Assembly (NCBI RefSeq): GCF_006345805.1
Contig: NC_043016.1
Coordinates: 17,050,001-17,114,000 of the forward strand
Source: Octopus sinensis
Lineage: Eukaryota
Direction of reading: 5' to 3'
Length of the DNA: 64,000 nucleotides
Of the stretch, positions 13,301 through 25,594 are shown one piece after another; the first letter of the stretch is position 1; each line of letters begins with the position of its first letter. Made by a program: the position numbers and the translations under genes. Under the pieces are notes generated by a model, which searched no databases, was not told the DNA's origin, and saw only the letters and a program-made list of their open reading frames with translations.

Positions 13301-14545
13301 GACCTGTAGAGGCAAGTGGAATTGAGATCCTGACATTGTGGCCCTGGCCAGGAGGGAACCATTCCATCTATGCACACCTTCCCCTCCTGGGACACTAAAC
13401 TCTGCTTTGGAAGACCTGTAGAGGCAAGTGGAATTGAGACCCTAACCTTGTGGCCCTGTCCAGAAGGGGAACCATTCCATCTATGCACACCTTCCCCTCC
13501 TGGGACACTAAACTCTGCTTTGGAAGACCTGTAGAGGCAAGTGGAATTGAGACCCTAACCTTGTGGCCCTGGCCAGGAGGGGAACCATTCCATCTATGCA
13601 CACCTTCCCCTCCTGGGACACTAAACTCTGCTTTGGAAGACCTGTAGAGGCAAGTGGAATTGAGACCCTAACCTTGTGGCCCAGGCCAGGAGGGGAAGCA
13701 TTCCATCTATGCACACCTTCCCCTCCTGGGACACTAAACTCTGCTTTGGAAGACCTGTAGAGGCAAGAGGAATTGAGTCCCTAACATTGTGGCCCAGGCC
13801 AGGAGGGGAAGCATTCCATCTATGCACACCTTCCCCTCCTGGGACATGAAACTCTGCTTTGGAAGACCTGTAGAAGCAAGTGGAATTGAGACCCTAACCT
13901 TGTGGCCCTGGCCAGGAGGGGAACCATTCCATCTATGCACACCTTCCCCTCCTGGGACACTAAACTCTGCTTTGGGAGACCTGTTGAGGCAAGTGGAATT
14001 GAGACCCTAACCTTGTGGCCCAGGCCAGGAGGGGAACCATTCCATCTATGCACACCTTCCCCTCCTGGGACACTAAACTCTGGTTTGGAAGACCTGTAGA
14101 GGCAAGTGGAATTGAGACCCTAACCTTGTGGCCCAGGCCAGGAGGGGAACCATTCCATCTATGCACACCTTCCCCTCCTGGGACACTAACTCTGCTTTGG
14201 AAGACCTGTAGAGGCAAGTGGAATTGAGACCCTAACCTTGTGGCCCAGGCCAGGAGGGGAACCATTCCATCTATGCACACCTTCCCCTCCTGGGACACTA
14301 AACTCTGCTTTGGAAGACCTGTAGAGGCAAGTGGAATTGAGACCCTAACCTTGTGGCCCAGGCCAGGAGGGGAACCATTCCATCTATGCACACCTTCCCC
14401 TCCTGGGACACTAAGCTCTGCTTTGGAAGACCTGTAGAGGCAAGTGGAATTGAGACCCTAACCTTGTGGCCCTGGCCAGGAGGGGAACCATTCCATCTAT
14501 GCACACCTTCCCCTCCTGGGACACTAAACTCTGCTTTGAAAGACC
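1378..14545. repeat. Satellite array, 113-bp monomer, ~116 copies
   Basis: Consensus ccctaaccttgtggcc(c/a-t)ggccaggaggggaaccattccatctatgcacaccttcccctcctgggacactaaactctgctttggaagacctgtagaggcaagtggaattgaga. The 113-bp period is visible in the ORF track spacing. About 54% GC. Confidence 0.98.
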
Positions 14546-16766
14546 ATTTGAGGCAATTTAAATCGAAATGAAATCGATTGCAAAGACCAATTGAGGCAAT
14601 TTAAATCGAATTCAAATCGATTGCAAAGACCAATTGAGGCAATTAAAATCGAATTCAAATCGATTGGAAAGACCCATTGAGGCAATTTAAATCGAATTCA
14701 AATCGATTGCAAAGACCCAATGAGGCAATTAAAATCGAATTCAAATCGAATGCAAAAACCAATTGAGGCAATTAAAATCGAATTCGAATCGATTGCGAAG
14801 ACCAATTTAGGCAATTTAAATCGAATTCAAATCGATTGCAAAGACCAATTGAGGCAATTAAAATCGAAATCAAATCGATTGCAAAAACCACTTGAGGCAA
14901 TTAAAATCGAAATCAATTCGATTGGGAAGACCAATTGAGGCAATTAAAATCGAATTCAAATCGATTGCAAAGACCAATTGAGGCAATTAAAATCTAAATC
15001 AAATCGATTGCAAAGACCAATTGAGGCAATTAAAATCGAAATCAAATCGATTGCGATGACCAATTGAGGCAATTAAAATCGAAATCAAATCGATTGCGAA
15101 GACCACTTGAGGCAATTTAAATCGAATTCAAATCTATTGCAAAGACCCATTGAGGCAACTTAAATCGAATACAAATCGATTCCAAAGACCCATTGAGGCA
15201 ATTTAAATCGAAATAAAATCGATTGCAAAGACCATTTGAGGCAATTTAAATCGAATTCAAATCGATTGCAAAGACCAATTGAGGCAATTTAAATCGAATT
15301 CAAATCGATTGCAAAGACCAATTGAGGCAATTAAATTCGAAATAAAATCGATTGCAAAGACCAATTGAGGCAATTTAAATCGAATTCAAATCGATAACAA
15401 AGACCAATTGAGGCAATTAAAATCGAAATCAAATCGATTGCGAAGAGCAATTGAGGCAATTAAAATCGAAATCAAATCGATTGCGAAGACCAATTGAGGC
15501 AATTTAAATCGAATTCAAATCGATTGCAAAGACCCATTGAGGCAATTTAAATCGAATTCAAATCGATTGCAAAGACCCATTGAGTCAATTTAAATCGAAT
15601 TCAAATCGATTGCAAAGACCAATTGAGGCAATTTAAATCGAATTCAAATCGATTGCAAAGACCCATTGAGTCAATTTAAATCGAATTCAAATCGATTGCA
15701 AAGACCCAATGAGGCAATTTAAATCGAATTCAAATCGATTGCAAAGACCAGTTGAGGCAATTTAAATCGTAATGAAATCGATTGCAAAGACCCATTGAGG
15801 CAATTTAAATCGAATTCAAATCGATTGCAAAGACCAATTGAGGCAATCAAATTCGAAATAAAATCGATTGCAAGGACCAATTGAGGCAATTTAAATCGAA
15901 TTCAAATCGATTGCAAAGACCAATTGAGGCAATTAAAATCGAATTCAAATCGATTGCAAAGACCCATTGAGTCAATTTAAATCGAATTCAAATCGATTGC
16001 AAAGACCAATTGAGGCAATTTAAATCGAATTCAAATCGATTGCAAAGACTAATTGAGGCAATTTAAATCGAATTCAAATCGATTCCAAAGACCAATTGAG
16101 GCAATTTAAATCGAATTCAAATCGATTGCAAAGACCCATTGAGTCAATTTAAATCGAATTCAAATCGATTGCAAAGACCCAATGAGGCAATTTAAATCGA
16201 ATTCAAATCGATTGCAAAGACCAGTTGAGGCAATTTAAATCGAAATCAAATCGATTGCGAAGACCAATTGAGGCAATTAAAATCGAATTCAAATCGATTG
16301 CAAAGACCCATTGAGTCAATTTAAATCGAATTCAAATCGATTGCAAAGACCAATTGAGGCAATTAAATTCGAAATAAAATCGATTGCAAAGACCAATTGA
16401 GGCAATTTAAATCGAATTCAAATCGATTGCAAAGACCAATTGAGGCAATTAAAATCGAAATCAAATCGATTGCGAAGACCAATTGAGGCAATTAAAATCG
16501 AAATCAAATCGATTGCGAAGACCAATTGAGGCAATTTAAATCGAATTCAAATCGATTGCAAAGACCCATTGAGGCAATTTAAATCGAATTCAAATCGATT
16601 GCAAAGACCCATTGAGTCAATTTAAATCGAATTCAAATCGATTGCAAAGACCCATTGAGGCAATTTAAATCGAATTCAAATCGATTGCAAAGACCAATTG
16701 AGGCAATTTAAATCGAATGCAAATCGATTGCATAGACCAATTGAGGCAATTTAAATCGATATCAAA
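14540..16766. repeat. Satellite array, 43-bp monomer, ~52 copies
   Basis: Consensus aagaccaattgaggcaatttaaatcgaattcaaatcgattgca. About 33% GC. Confidence 0.98.
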
Positions 16767-16769
16767 CTT

Positions 16770-16990
16770 ACTCTTACTATTGTACTCCTTTACATGTTTC
16801 AGTCATTTGACTGCGGCCATGCTGGAGCACCGCCTATTTTTTAGTCGAGTAAATCGACAACCCGGGACTAATTCTTTGTAAGCCCAGTACTTACTAAGTG
16901 ACGGGGACATAAACACACCAGCATCGGTTGTCAAGCAATGCTAGGTGTACAAACACAGACACACAAACACACATATATACATACATATAT
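16770..16990 (-). mobile_element. SINE S1 3' half
   Basis: ttgtttcagtcatttgactgcggccatgctggagcaccgcc...gtcaagcaatgctagg...acaaacacagacac. Confidence 0.85.
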
Positions 16991-16993
16991 TTA

Positions 16994-17365
16994 TGGAATG
17001 GAAGCACTCCGTCGGTTACGACGACGAGGGTTCCGGTTGATCCGAATCAACGGAACAGCTTGCTCGTGAAATTAACGTGTCAGTGGCTGAGCACTCCGCA
17101 GACACGTGTACCCTTAATGTAGTTCTCGGGGATATTCAGCGTGACACAGAGAGTGACAAGGCCGGCCCTTTGAAATACAGGAAGTAAGAGTGGGAGAAAG
17201 AGTGGTTTAAGAGTACAGCAGGGATCACCACCATCCCCTGCCGGAGCTGCGTGGAGCTTTAGGTGTTTTCGCTCAATAAACACTCACAACGCACGGTCTG
17301 GGAATTGAAACCGCGATCCTATGACCGCGAGTCCGCTGCCCTAACCACTGGGCCATTGCGCCTCC
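16994..17365 (-). mobile_element. Full-length tRNA-Arg-like SINE family S2, tail type a (probably octopus OR1/OR2 class)
   Basis: Minus-strand head gaggcgcaatggcccagtggttagggcagcggactcgcggtc...gcggtttcaattccc has A/B-box-like motifs and TCG in an anticodon-like loop. Tail ...cctcgtcgtcgtaaccgacggagtg. The family name is from recall. Confidence 0.8.
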
Positions 17366-17399
17366 ACATATACATACATATATATATATATACATATAT

Positions 17400-18742
17400 A
17401 TATACATATATACGACAGGCTTCTTTCAGTTTCCGTCTACGAAATCCACTCACAAGGCTTTATATATATATACTCTTTTACTTGTTTCAGTCATTTGACT
17501 GCGGCCACGCTGGAGCACCGCCTATTTGTTAGTCGAGCAAATGGACCCCAGAACTTATTCTTTGTAAGCCCAGTACTTATTCTATCGGTCTCTTTTGCCG
17601 AACCGCTAAGTGACGGGGACGTAAACACACCAGCATCGGTTGTCAAGCAATGCTAGAGGGACAAACACAGACACACACATATATATACATATATACGACA
17701 GGTTTCTTTCAGTTTCCGTCTGCCAAATCCACTCACAAGGCATCGGTCGGCCCGAGGCTATAGTAGAAGACACTTGCCCAAGGTGCCACGCAGTGGGACT
17801 GAACCCGGAACCATGTGGCTGGTCAGCAAGCTACTTACCACACAGCCACTCCTGTGCCTATACATATGTTATTTTATTTTACTTGTTTCAGTCATTTGAC
17901 TGTTGCCATGCTGGAGCACCGCCTTTAGTCGAGCAAATCGACCCCGGAACTCATTCTTTGTAAGCCCAGTACTTATTCTATCGGTCTCTTTTGCGGAACC
18001 GCTAAGTGACGGGGACGTAAACACACCAGCATCGGTTGTCAAGCAATGCTAGGGGTACAAACACAGACACACAAACACACATATGTACATATATACGACA
18101 GGCTTCTTTCAGTTTCCGTCTACCAAATCCACTCACAAGGCTTTATATATATATATATATATACATATATACTCTTTTACTTGTTTCAGTCATTTGACAG
18201 AGGCCACGCTGGAGCACCGCCTGTTTTTTAGTCGAGCAAATCGACACCCCAGGATTTATTCTTTGTAAGCCCAGTACTTATTCTATCGGTCTCTTTTGCC
18301 GAACCGCTCAGTGACGGGGACGTAAACACACCAGCATCGGTTGTCAAGCAATGCTAGGGGTACAAACACAGACACACAAACACACATACATATATATATA
18401 TATACATATATACGACAGGTTTCTTTCAGTTTCCGTCTGCCAAATCCACTCACAAGGCATTGGTCGGCCCGGGGCTATAGCAGAAGACATTTGCCCAAGA
18501 TGCCACGCAGTGGGACTGAACCCGGAACCATGTGGTTGGTTAGCAAGCTACTTACCACACAGCCACTCCTGCGCCTATATGTATATATATATATATATAC
18601 GACAGGCTTCTTTCAGTTTCCTTCTACCAAATCCACTCAGAAGGCATTGGTCGGCCCGGGGCTATAGCAGAAGACACTTGCCCAAGATGCCACGCAGTGG
18701 GACTGAACCCGGAATCATGTGGTTGGTTAGCAAGCTACTTAC

Positions 18743-18745
<3 letters not shown>
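17400..18745 (-). mobile_element. Cluster of nested/tandem SINE S1 copies with (TA)n spacers
   Basis: Repeated S1 head and 3'-half modules. Confidence 0.9.
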
Positions 18746-18773
<28 letters not shown>

Positions 18774-18777
18774 ATAC

Positions 18778-18809
<32 letters not shown>

Positions 18810-18814
18810 GTATA

Positions 18815-18935
18815 AAGGAGTGGTTGGTGTTAGGAAGGGCATCCTGCTGTAGAAACTGTGCCAGATCAGATTGGAGTCTGGTTTGCCAGCATGGAAAGCG
18901 GATGTTAAACGATGATGATGATGATGATGATGATT
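18815..18935 (+). mobile_element. RTE-type tail fragment ending in (GAT)n
   Basis: ggagtggttggtgttaggaagggcatcc...gcatggaaagcggatgttaaacgatgatgat. Confidence 0.7.
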
Positions 18936-19039
18936 GCTTTGGGTTTAATAACAAAAGGATCAGTTTCACCCCGACCCCACCCATGATTTCAGACCTTGTG
19001 CCTGAAATAGAAACGATGATGGTGGTAATTATTGTTGAT

Positions 19040-20293
19040 GGCAGTGAGCTGGGAGAATCGTTAGCACCCCGGGCGAAATGCGTATCCGTATTTCATCTGC
19101 CGTTTTGAGTTCAAATTCCGCCGAGGTCGACTTTGCCTCTCATCCTTTCGGCGTCGATTAAATAAGTAGCAGTTACGTCCTGGGGTCGATGTAATCACCT
19201 TAATCCGTTTGTCTGTCCTTGTTTGTCCCCTCTGTGTTTAGCCCCTTGTGCGTAGTAAAGAAATAGGTATTTCCTCTGCCGCTACGCTCTGAGTTCAAAT
19301 TCCGCCGAGGTCGACCTTGCTTTTCATTCTTTCAGGGTCGATTAAATAAGTACCAGTTACGCACTGCAGTCAATATGATCGACTTAATACCTATGTCTGT
19401 CCTTGTTGTCTTCTCGGTGTTTAGCCCCTTGCGTGTAGTAAAGAAATGGGTATGTTTTCCGCCACTACGGTCTGAGTTCAAATTCCGCCGAGGTCGACTT
19501 TGACTTCTATCCTTCGGGGTCGATAAATTAAGTACCAATTACGCACTGGGGTCGATATAATCGAATTAATCCGTTTGTCTGTCCTTGTTTGTCCCTTCTG
19601 TGTTTAGCCCCTTGTGGGTAGGGTAGTAAAGAAATAGGTATTTTGTCTGCCGCCGAGGTTGACTTTGCCTTTCATCCTTTCGGGGTCGATAAATTAGGTA
19701 CCAGTTACGCACTGGGGTCGATGTAATCGACTTAATCCGTTTGTCTGTCCTTGTTTGTCCCTTCTGTGTTTAGCCCCTTGTGGGTAGGGTAGTAAAGAAA
19801 TAGGTATTTTGTCTGCCACCGAGGTCGACTTTGCCTTTCATCCTTTCGGGGTCGATAGATTAAGTACCAGTTACGCACTGGGGTCGATGTAATCGACTTA
19901 ATCCGTCTGTCTGTCCTTGTTTGTCCTCTCTGTGTTTAGCCCCTTGTGGGTAGGGTAGTAAAGAAATAGGTATTTTGTCTGCCGCCGAGGTCGACTTTGC
20001 CTTTCATCCTTTCGGGGTCGATAAATTAGGTACCAGTTACGCACTGGGGTCGATGTAATCGACTTAATCCGTCTGTCTGTCCTTGTTTGTCCTCTCTGTG
20101 TTAGCCCCTGTGGGTAGGGTAGTAAAGAAATAGGTATTTTGTCTGCCGCCGAGGTCGACTTTGCCTTTCATCCTTTCGGGGTCGATAAATTAGGTACCAG
20201 TTACGCACTGGGGTCGATGTAATCGACTTAATCCGTTTGTCTGTCCTTGTTTGTCCCCTCTGTGTTTAGCCCATTGTGTGTAGTAAAGAGATA
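19040..20293 (+). mobile_element. SINE family S3 with its 3' body tandemly expanded (~9 units)
   Basis: tRNA-like head ggcagtgagctgg(g/c)agaatcgttag...gagttcaaattcc, then repeated gaggtcgactttgcctttcatcctttcggggtcgat...agtaaagaaataggt. Flanked by ggtaattattgttg at 19024-19037 and 20294-20307. Confidence 0.85.
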
Positions 20294-20719
20294 GGTAATT
20301 ATTGTTGTTGTCGTTGTTACTATGATAGTGGTAATAGCAGTAGTAGTAAGTAGTAAAAGTAGTAACAAATATCTAAACTCTTTTTATGTTACCATGTTAC
20401 CAAATCTGGGATATTTGGGATAGAAGTAGGGATGAAGCGGGGGGGGGGAGGGAATTGTTTGGCAGATTGGTGTTCGTTGCTGTGAGTTGGGTTTCGAGGT
20501 GAAGGAAGGGCGGTGGGGGGGTGGGGGCGGGGTGTTCTCATACCAATGTGTTCCATGGGGGCACTGTTATAATGTTTCTGATGTTCTCTGGTCTAAAAAT
20601 AGGGGTTTTTCAGAATGACTCATACACGGTAAAGAACTGCCTCTTCCCACCCCCCTTCCAGCACCGCTGCTCACATCCCACCTTTCAAGACCCCCCCCCC
20701 GTTCTTAGTAAGAGAGAAA

Positions 20720-21215
20720 AAGATATATATATATATATATATATATACACTTACAAACATATATACATAGATACATACATACAAACATATACATACATAT
20801 ATACATACATACATACATACATATATACATACATATGTACATTCGTACATACATACATACATACATACACACATACATACATACATATATACATACGACG
20901 TATATACATATATACATACATACATTCAAACTTATATACATACATATACACATACATACATACATACATACATCGATACATAGATATATACATACATACA
21001 TACACACATACATACATGCATACATAGATACATAGATATATACATACATACATACATACATACATACCTACATACATACATACATGTATGTATGTATATA
21101 TATACACATACACACACACACATATATATATATGTGTGTGTGTGTATGTATATACATATATGTATATGTGTGTGTGTGGATATATGCACACACACACATA
21201 CACACACTCAATACA
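20720..21215. repeat. (TACA)n/(TA)n/(CA)n microsatellite
   Basis: Direct inspection. Confidence 0.95.
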
Positions 21216-21369
21216 GTACAAAGGTTTAAGAGTTCAGGTAGCTGTACACAGCATCTATTCCAACCCAGAAACGCCCACCACTACCCACTCTTTCGCTTTC
21301 TCTCCCACTTTCTCTACTTCCCCCTCTCTTTCCCATTCAAGTTAGGTCCCTAGGGTTTAGCTATCTCTC

Positions 21370-21722
21370 TCTTTTACTCTCTTTTACTTGTTTCAGTCAT
21401 TTGACTGCGGCCATGCTGGAGCAGCGCCTTTTTAGTCGAGCAAATCGACCCCGGGAATTGTTCTTTTGTAAGCCCAGTACTTGTTCTATCGGTCTCTTTT
21501 TGCCGAACCGCTAAGTAACGGGGACGTAAACACACCAGCATCGGTTGTCAAGCGATGTTGGGGGGGACAAACACAGACATACAAACATAAACATATACAC
21601 ACACATACATATATATACATACATACACTACATACATACATACATACAATATATATATATATATATTATATAGATATATATATATATATACATACATACA
21701 ATATATATACATATATATATAC

Positions 21723-21812
<90 letters not shown>

Positions 21813-22145
21813 TTGACTGCGGCCGTGCTGGAGCACCGCCTTTAGCTTTCGTACTTATTCTATCGGTCTCTTTTGCCGAACTGCTAAGTAACGGGGATGT
21901 AAACACACCAGCATCGGTTGTCAAGCGATGTTGGGGGGGGGACAAACACAGACACACAAACACACACACACACATAAATATACATACATACGACAGGCTT
22001 CTTTCAGTTTCCGTCTACCAAATCCACACACAAGGCATTGGTCGGCCCGGGGCTATAGCAGAAGACACTTGTCCAAGGTGCCACGCAGTGGGACTGAACC
22101 CGGAACCATGTGGTTGGTAAGCAAGCGACTTACCACACAGCCACT
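21370..22145 (-). mobile_element. SINE S1 copies interrupted by long (TA)n
   Basis: 3' half (21370-21600), (TA)n, partial 3' half, head (21990-22145). Confidence 0.85.
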
Positions 22146-22287
22146 GTGTTTTTTGCATGTATATATGGATGTGTGTATATGTATGTGCGTGTGTGTGTAT
22201 ATATACATATGTATGTATTTATATACACACATACACTAAATGTTTTTGTGTTCATTTTGTACATTTGCAATAATATATATATAGGCA

Positions 22288-22795
22288 TAGAGTGGCTGTG
22301 TGTTAAGTAGCTTGCTAACCAACCACATGGTTCAGGGTTCAGTCCCACTGCGTGGCACCTTGGACAAGTGTCTTCTGCTATAGCCCCGGGCCGACCAAAG
22401 CCTTGTGAGTGGATTTGGTAGACGGAAACTGAAAGAAGCCCGTCGTATATACGTATATGGGCGTAGGAGTGGCTGTGTGGTAAGCAGCTTGCTTACCAAC
22501 CACATGGTCGGGTTCAGTCCCACTGCGTGGCATCTTGGCCAAGTGTCTTCTACTATAGCCCCGGGCCGACCAAAGCCTTGTGAGTGGATTTGGTAGGCGG
22601 AAACTGAAAGAAGCCCGTCGTATATACGTATATGGGCGCAGGAGTGGCTGTGTGGTAAGTAGCTTGCTAAACAACCACATGGTTCCGGGTTCAGTCCCAC
22701 TGCGTGGCATCTTGGGTAAGTGTCTTCTACTATAGCCCCGGGCCGACCAAAGCCTTGTGAGTGGATTTGGTAGACGGAAACTGAAAGAAGCCCAA
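22288..22795 (+). mobile_element. Three tandem SINE S1 head modules
   Basis: ggagtggctgtgtggtaag...gaaactgaaagaagccc three times; opposite orientation to the copy ending at 22145. Confidence 0.9.
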
Positions 22796-23660
22796 CGTGT
22801 TCTTTTTTTAGACAGTAGATATAATTTTAGAAAATAAGGGATCCATGGTCCTTTTTTTAGACAGTAGATATGATTTTAGAAAATAAGGAATTCATGGCCC
22901 TTTTTTAAGACTGTAGGTATGATTTGAGAATATAAGGAATTCAGGGCCCTTTTTTAAGACTGTAGGTATGATTTGACAAAATAAGGAATCCATGGCCCTT
23001 TTTTAAGCCTGTAGGTATGATTTGAGAAAATAAGGAATCCATAGCCCTTTTTTAAGACAGTAGGTATGATTTGAGAAAATAAGGATTCCATGGCCCTTTT
23101 TTAAGAGTGTAGGTATGATTTGACAAAATAAGAAATTTATGGCCCTTTTTTAAGACTGTAGGTATGATTTGACAAAATAAGAAATTTATGGCCCTTTTTT
23201 AAGACTGTAGGTATGATTTGACAAAATAAGGAATCCATGGCCCTTTTTTAAGACTGTAGGTATGATTTGACAAAATAAGAAATTTATGGCCCTTTTTTTT
23301 AAGACTGTAGGTATGATTTGACAAAATAAGGAATCCAGGGCCCTTTTTTAAGACTGTAGGTATGATTTGAGAAAATAAGAAACTCAGGGCCCTTTTTTAA
23401 GACTGTAGGTATGATTTGACAAAATAAGGAATCCAGGGCCCTTTTTTAAGACTGTAGGTATGATTTGAGAAAATAAGAAACTCAGGGCCCTTTTTTAAGA
23501 CTGTAGGTATGATTTGACAAAATAAGGAATCCATGGCCCTTTTTTAAGACAGTAGGTATGATTTGAGAATATAAGGAATTTAGGGTTCTGTTTTAAGTCA
23601 GTAGGTTTGATTTGAAGGAATCCTTGTTCTTATTTAAGACAGTAGGTATGATTTGAGAAA
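22796..23660. repeat. Minisatellite, 50-bp unit, ~17 copies
   Basis: cccttttttaagactgtaggtatgatttga(c/g)aaaataaggaatcca(t/g)ggc. Confidence 0.95.
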
Positions 23661-23954
23661 GGAAAGAATCAGGGTAGATGGATGCCCTAGATAAGGTATT
23701 GAAGCATGACCTTCGAAATTTGGGTCTCGCGGAGACGGTCACAGGAGACTGATATATTTAGTGATGTGCTAGGACTGAGAAAACCCAACAAATAAATTGA
23801 GTTCACAGCTGTAACCTACACCAGCCTCTCGTATCCAGCCCTTTCAAATTTACCTTGGATCGTGGGGCAACTTGCTGTGATGAGGTGACTTGTTGAGTCA
23901 AGTACATCAAAATCACAATCAAATAATAATCAAATGGAAATTGTCGTTGCGTGC

Positions 23955-25480
23955 CCCGTGTGGGAGGCACATAAAAGGCACCAACCAATCGTGGATGATG
24001 CCAGACACCTCTGGCCCCTAAATTGGTGGCACATAAAAAGCACCAACCGATCATGGTTGATACCAGATCCCTCTGGCACTTGTGTTGGTGGCACATAAAA
24101 AGCACCAACCGATCATGGTTGATACCAGATCCCTCTGGCACTTGTGTTGGTGGCACATAAAAAGCACCGACCGATCGTAGCTGTTGCCAGCCACCTCTGG
24201 CCCCTAAATTGGTGGCACATAAAAAAGCACCAACCGATCATGGTTGATTCCAGATCTCTCTCGCCCCTAAATTGGTGGAACTTAAAAAGCACCAAGCGAT
24301 CATGGTTGATGTCAGACCCCTCTTGTCCCTAAATTGGTGGCACATAAAAAGCACCAACCGATCGTGGTTGATTCCAGATCTCTCTCGCCCCTAAATTGGT
24401 GGCACATAATAAGCACCAACAAAACATGGTTGATGTCAGAAGCCTCTGGCCCCTAAATTGATGGCACATAAAAAGCACCAACCGATCATGGTTGATACCA
24501 GATCCCTCTGTCCCCTAAATTGGAGGCACATAAAAAGCACCAACACATCCCTCTGGTCCCTAAATTGGTGGCACATAAAAAGCACCAACAGATCCCTCTG
24601 GTCCCTAAATTGGTGGCACATAAAAAGCACCAACACATCCCTATGTCCCCAAAATTGGTGGCACATAAAAAGCACCAACAGATCCTTCTGGTCCCTAAAT
24701 TGGTGGCACATAAAAAGCACCAACAGATCCCTCTGGTCCCTAAATTGGTGGCACATATAAAGCACCAACAGATCCCTCTGGTCCCTAAATTGGTGGCACA
24801 TAAAAAGCACCAACAGATCCCTCTGGGGCTAAATTGGTGGCACATAAAAAGCACCAACAGATCCCTCTGGGCCCTAAATTGGTGGCACATAAAAAGCACC
24901 AACAGATCCCTCTGGTCCCTAATTGGTAGCACATAAAAAGCACCAACAGATCGTGCTGGTCCCTAAATTGGTGGTGCATAAAAAGCACCAACAGATCCCT
25001 CTGGTCCCTAAATTGGTGGCACATAAAAAGCACCAACCGATCATGGTTGATGCCAGATCCCTCTGTCCCCTAAATTGGTGGCACATAAAAAGCACCAACA
25101 CATCCCTCTGGTCCCTATTTTGGTGGCACATAAAAAGCACCAACAGATCCCTCTGGTCCCTAAATTGGTGGCACATAAAAAGCACCAACAGATCCCGCTG
25201 GTCCCTAAATTGGTGGCACATAAAAAGCACCAACAGATCCCTCTGGTCCCTAAATTGGTGGCACATAAAAAGCACCAACAGATCCCTCTGGTCCCTAAAT
25301 TGGTGGCACATAAAAAGCACCAACCGATCATGGTTGATACCAGATCACTCTAGCCCCTAAATTGGTGGCACATAAAAAGCACCAACCGATCGTGGTTTAT
25401 GCCAGATCTCTCTCGCCCCTAAATTGGTGGCACATAAAAAGCACCAACCGATCATGGGTGATTCCAGATCCCTCTGGTAC
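23955..25480 (+). repeat. Minisatellite with 45-bp and ~62-64-bp units
   Basis: Core tggtggcacataaaaagcaccaac-agatccctctggtccctaaat. Long units add cgatcatggttgat. The 15-aa periodic ORFs reflect the 45-bp period. Confidence 0.95.
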
Positions 25481-25594
25481 TTGCACATTATATTTGCTAT
25501 AATATTTGCAGCATTAAATAAAATGTTTATAGTATGAAACAATTGTACTAAACTACTGATCCATTCTTGTTGCTTATTTCTCGGTTATATATAT

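Noticed and set aside
1378-14545. Dozens of 65-68-aa ORFs on both strands
   Set aside because: They are repeat translations; 113 is not a multiple of 3, so frames close every ~2 monomers, and there is no protein-family motif.
1378-16766. Possible CRISPR array or ribozyme-bearing satellite
   Set aside because: No unique spacers and no cas genes. I found no CTGANGA/GAAA core in either monomer on either strand.
17290-17365. tRNA-Arg-like sequence (also at 31217, 31507, 38775, 40928)
   Set aside because: These are SINE heads: each runs into a shared SINE body and lacks a proper acceptor stem.
20435-20535. G-rich tract with G-quadruplex potential
   Set aside because: Isolated low-complexity run with no supporting context.
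24436-25360. ORFs with 15-aa periodicity (LLVLFMCHQFRDQRD)
   Set aside because: By-product of a 45-bp minisatellite; open in several frames on both strands.
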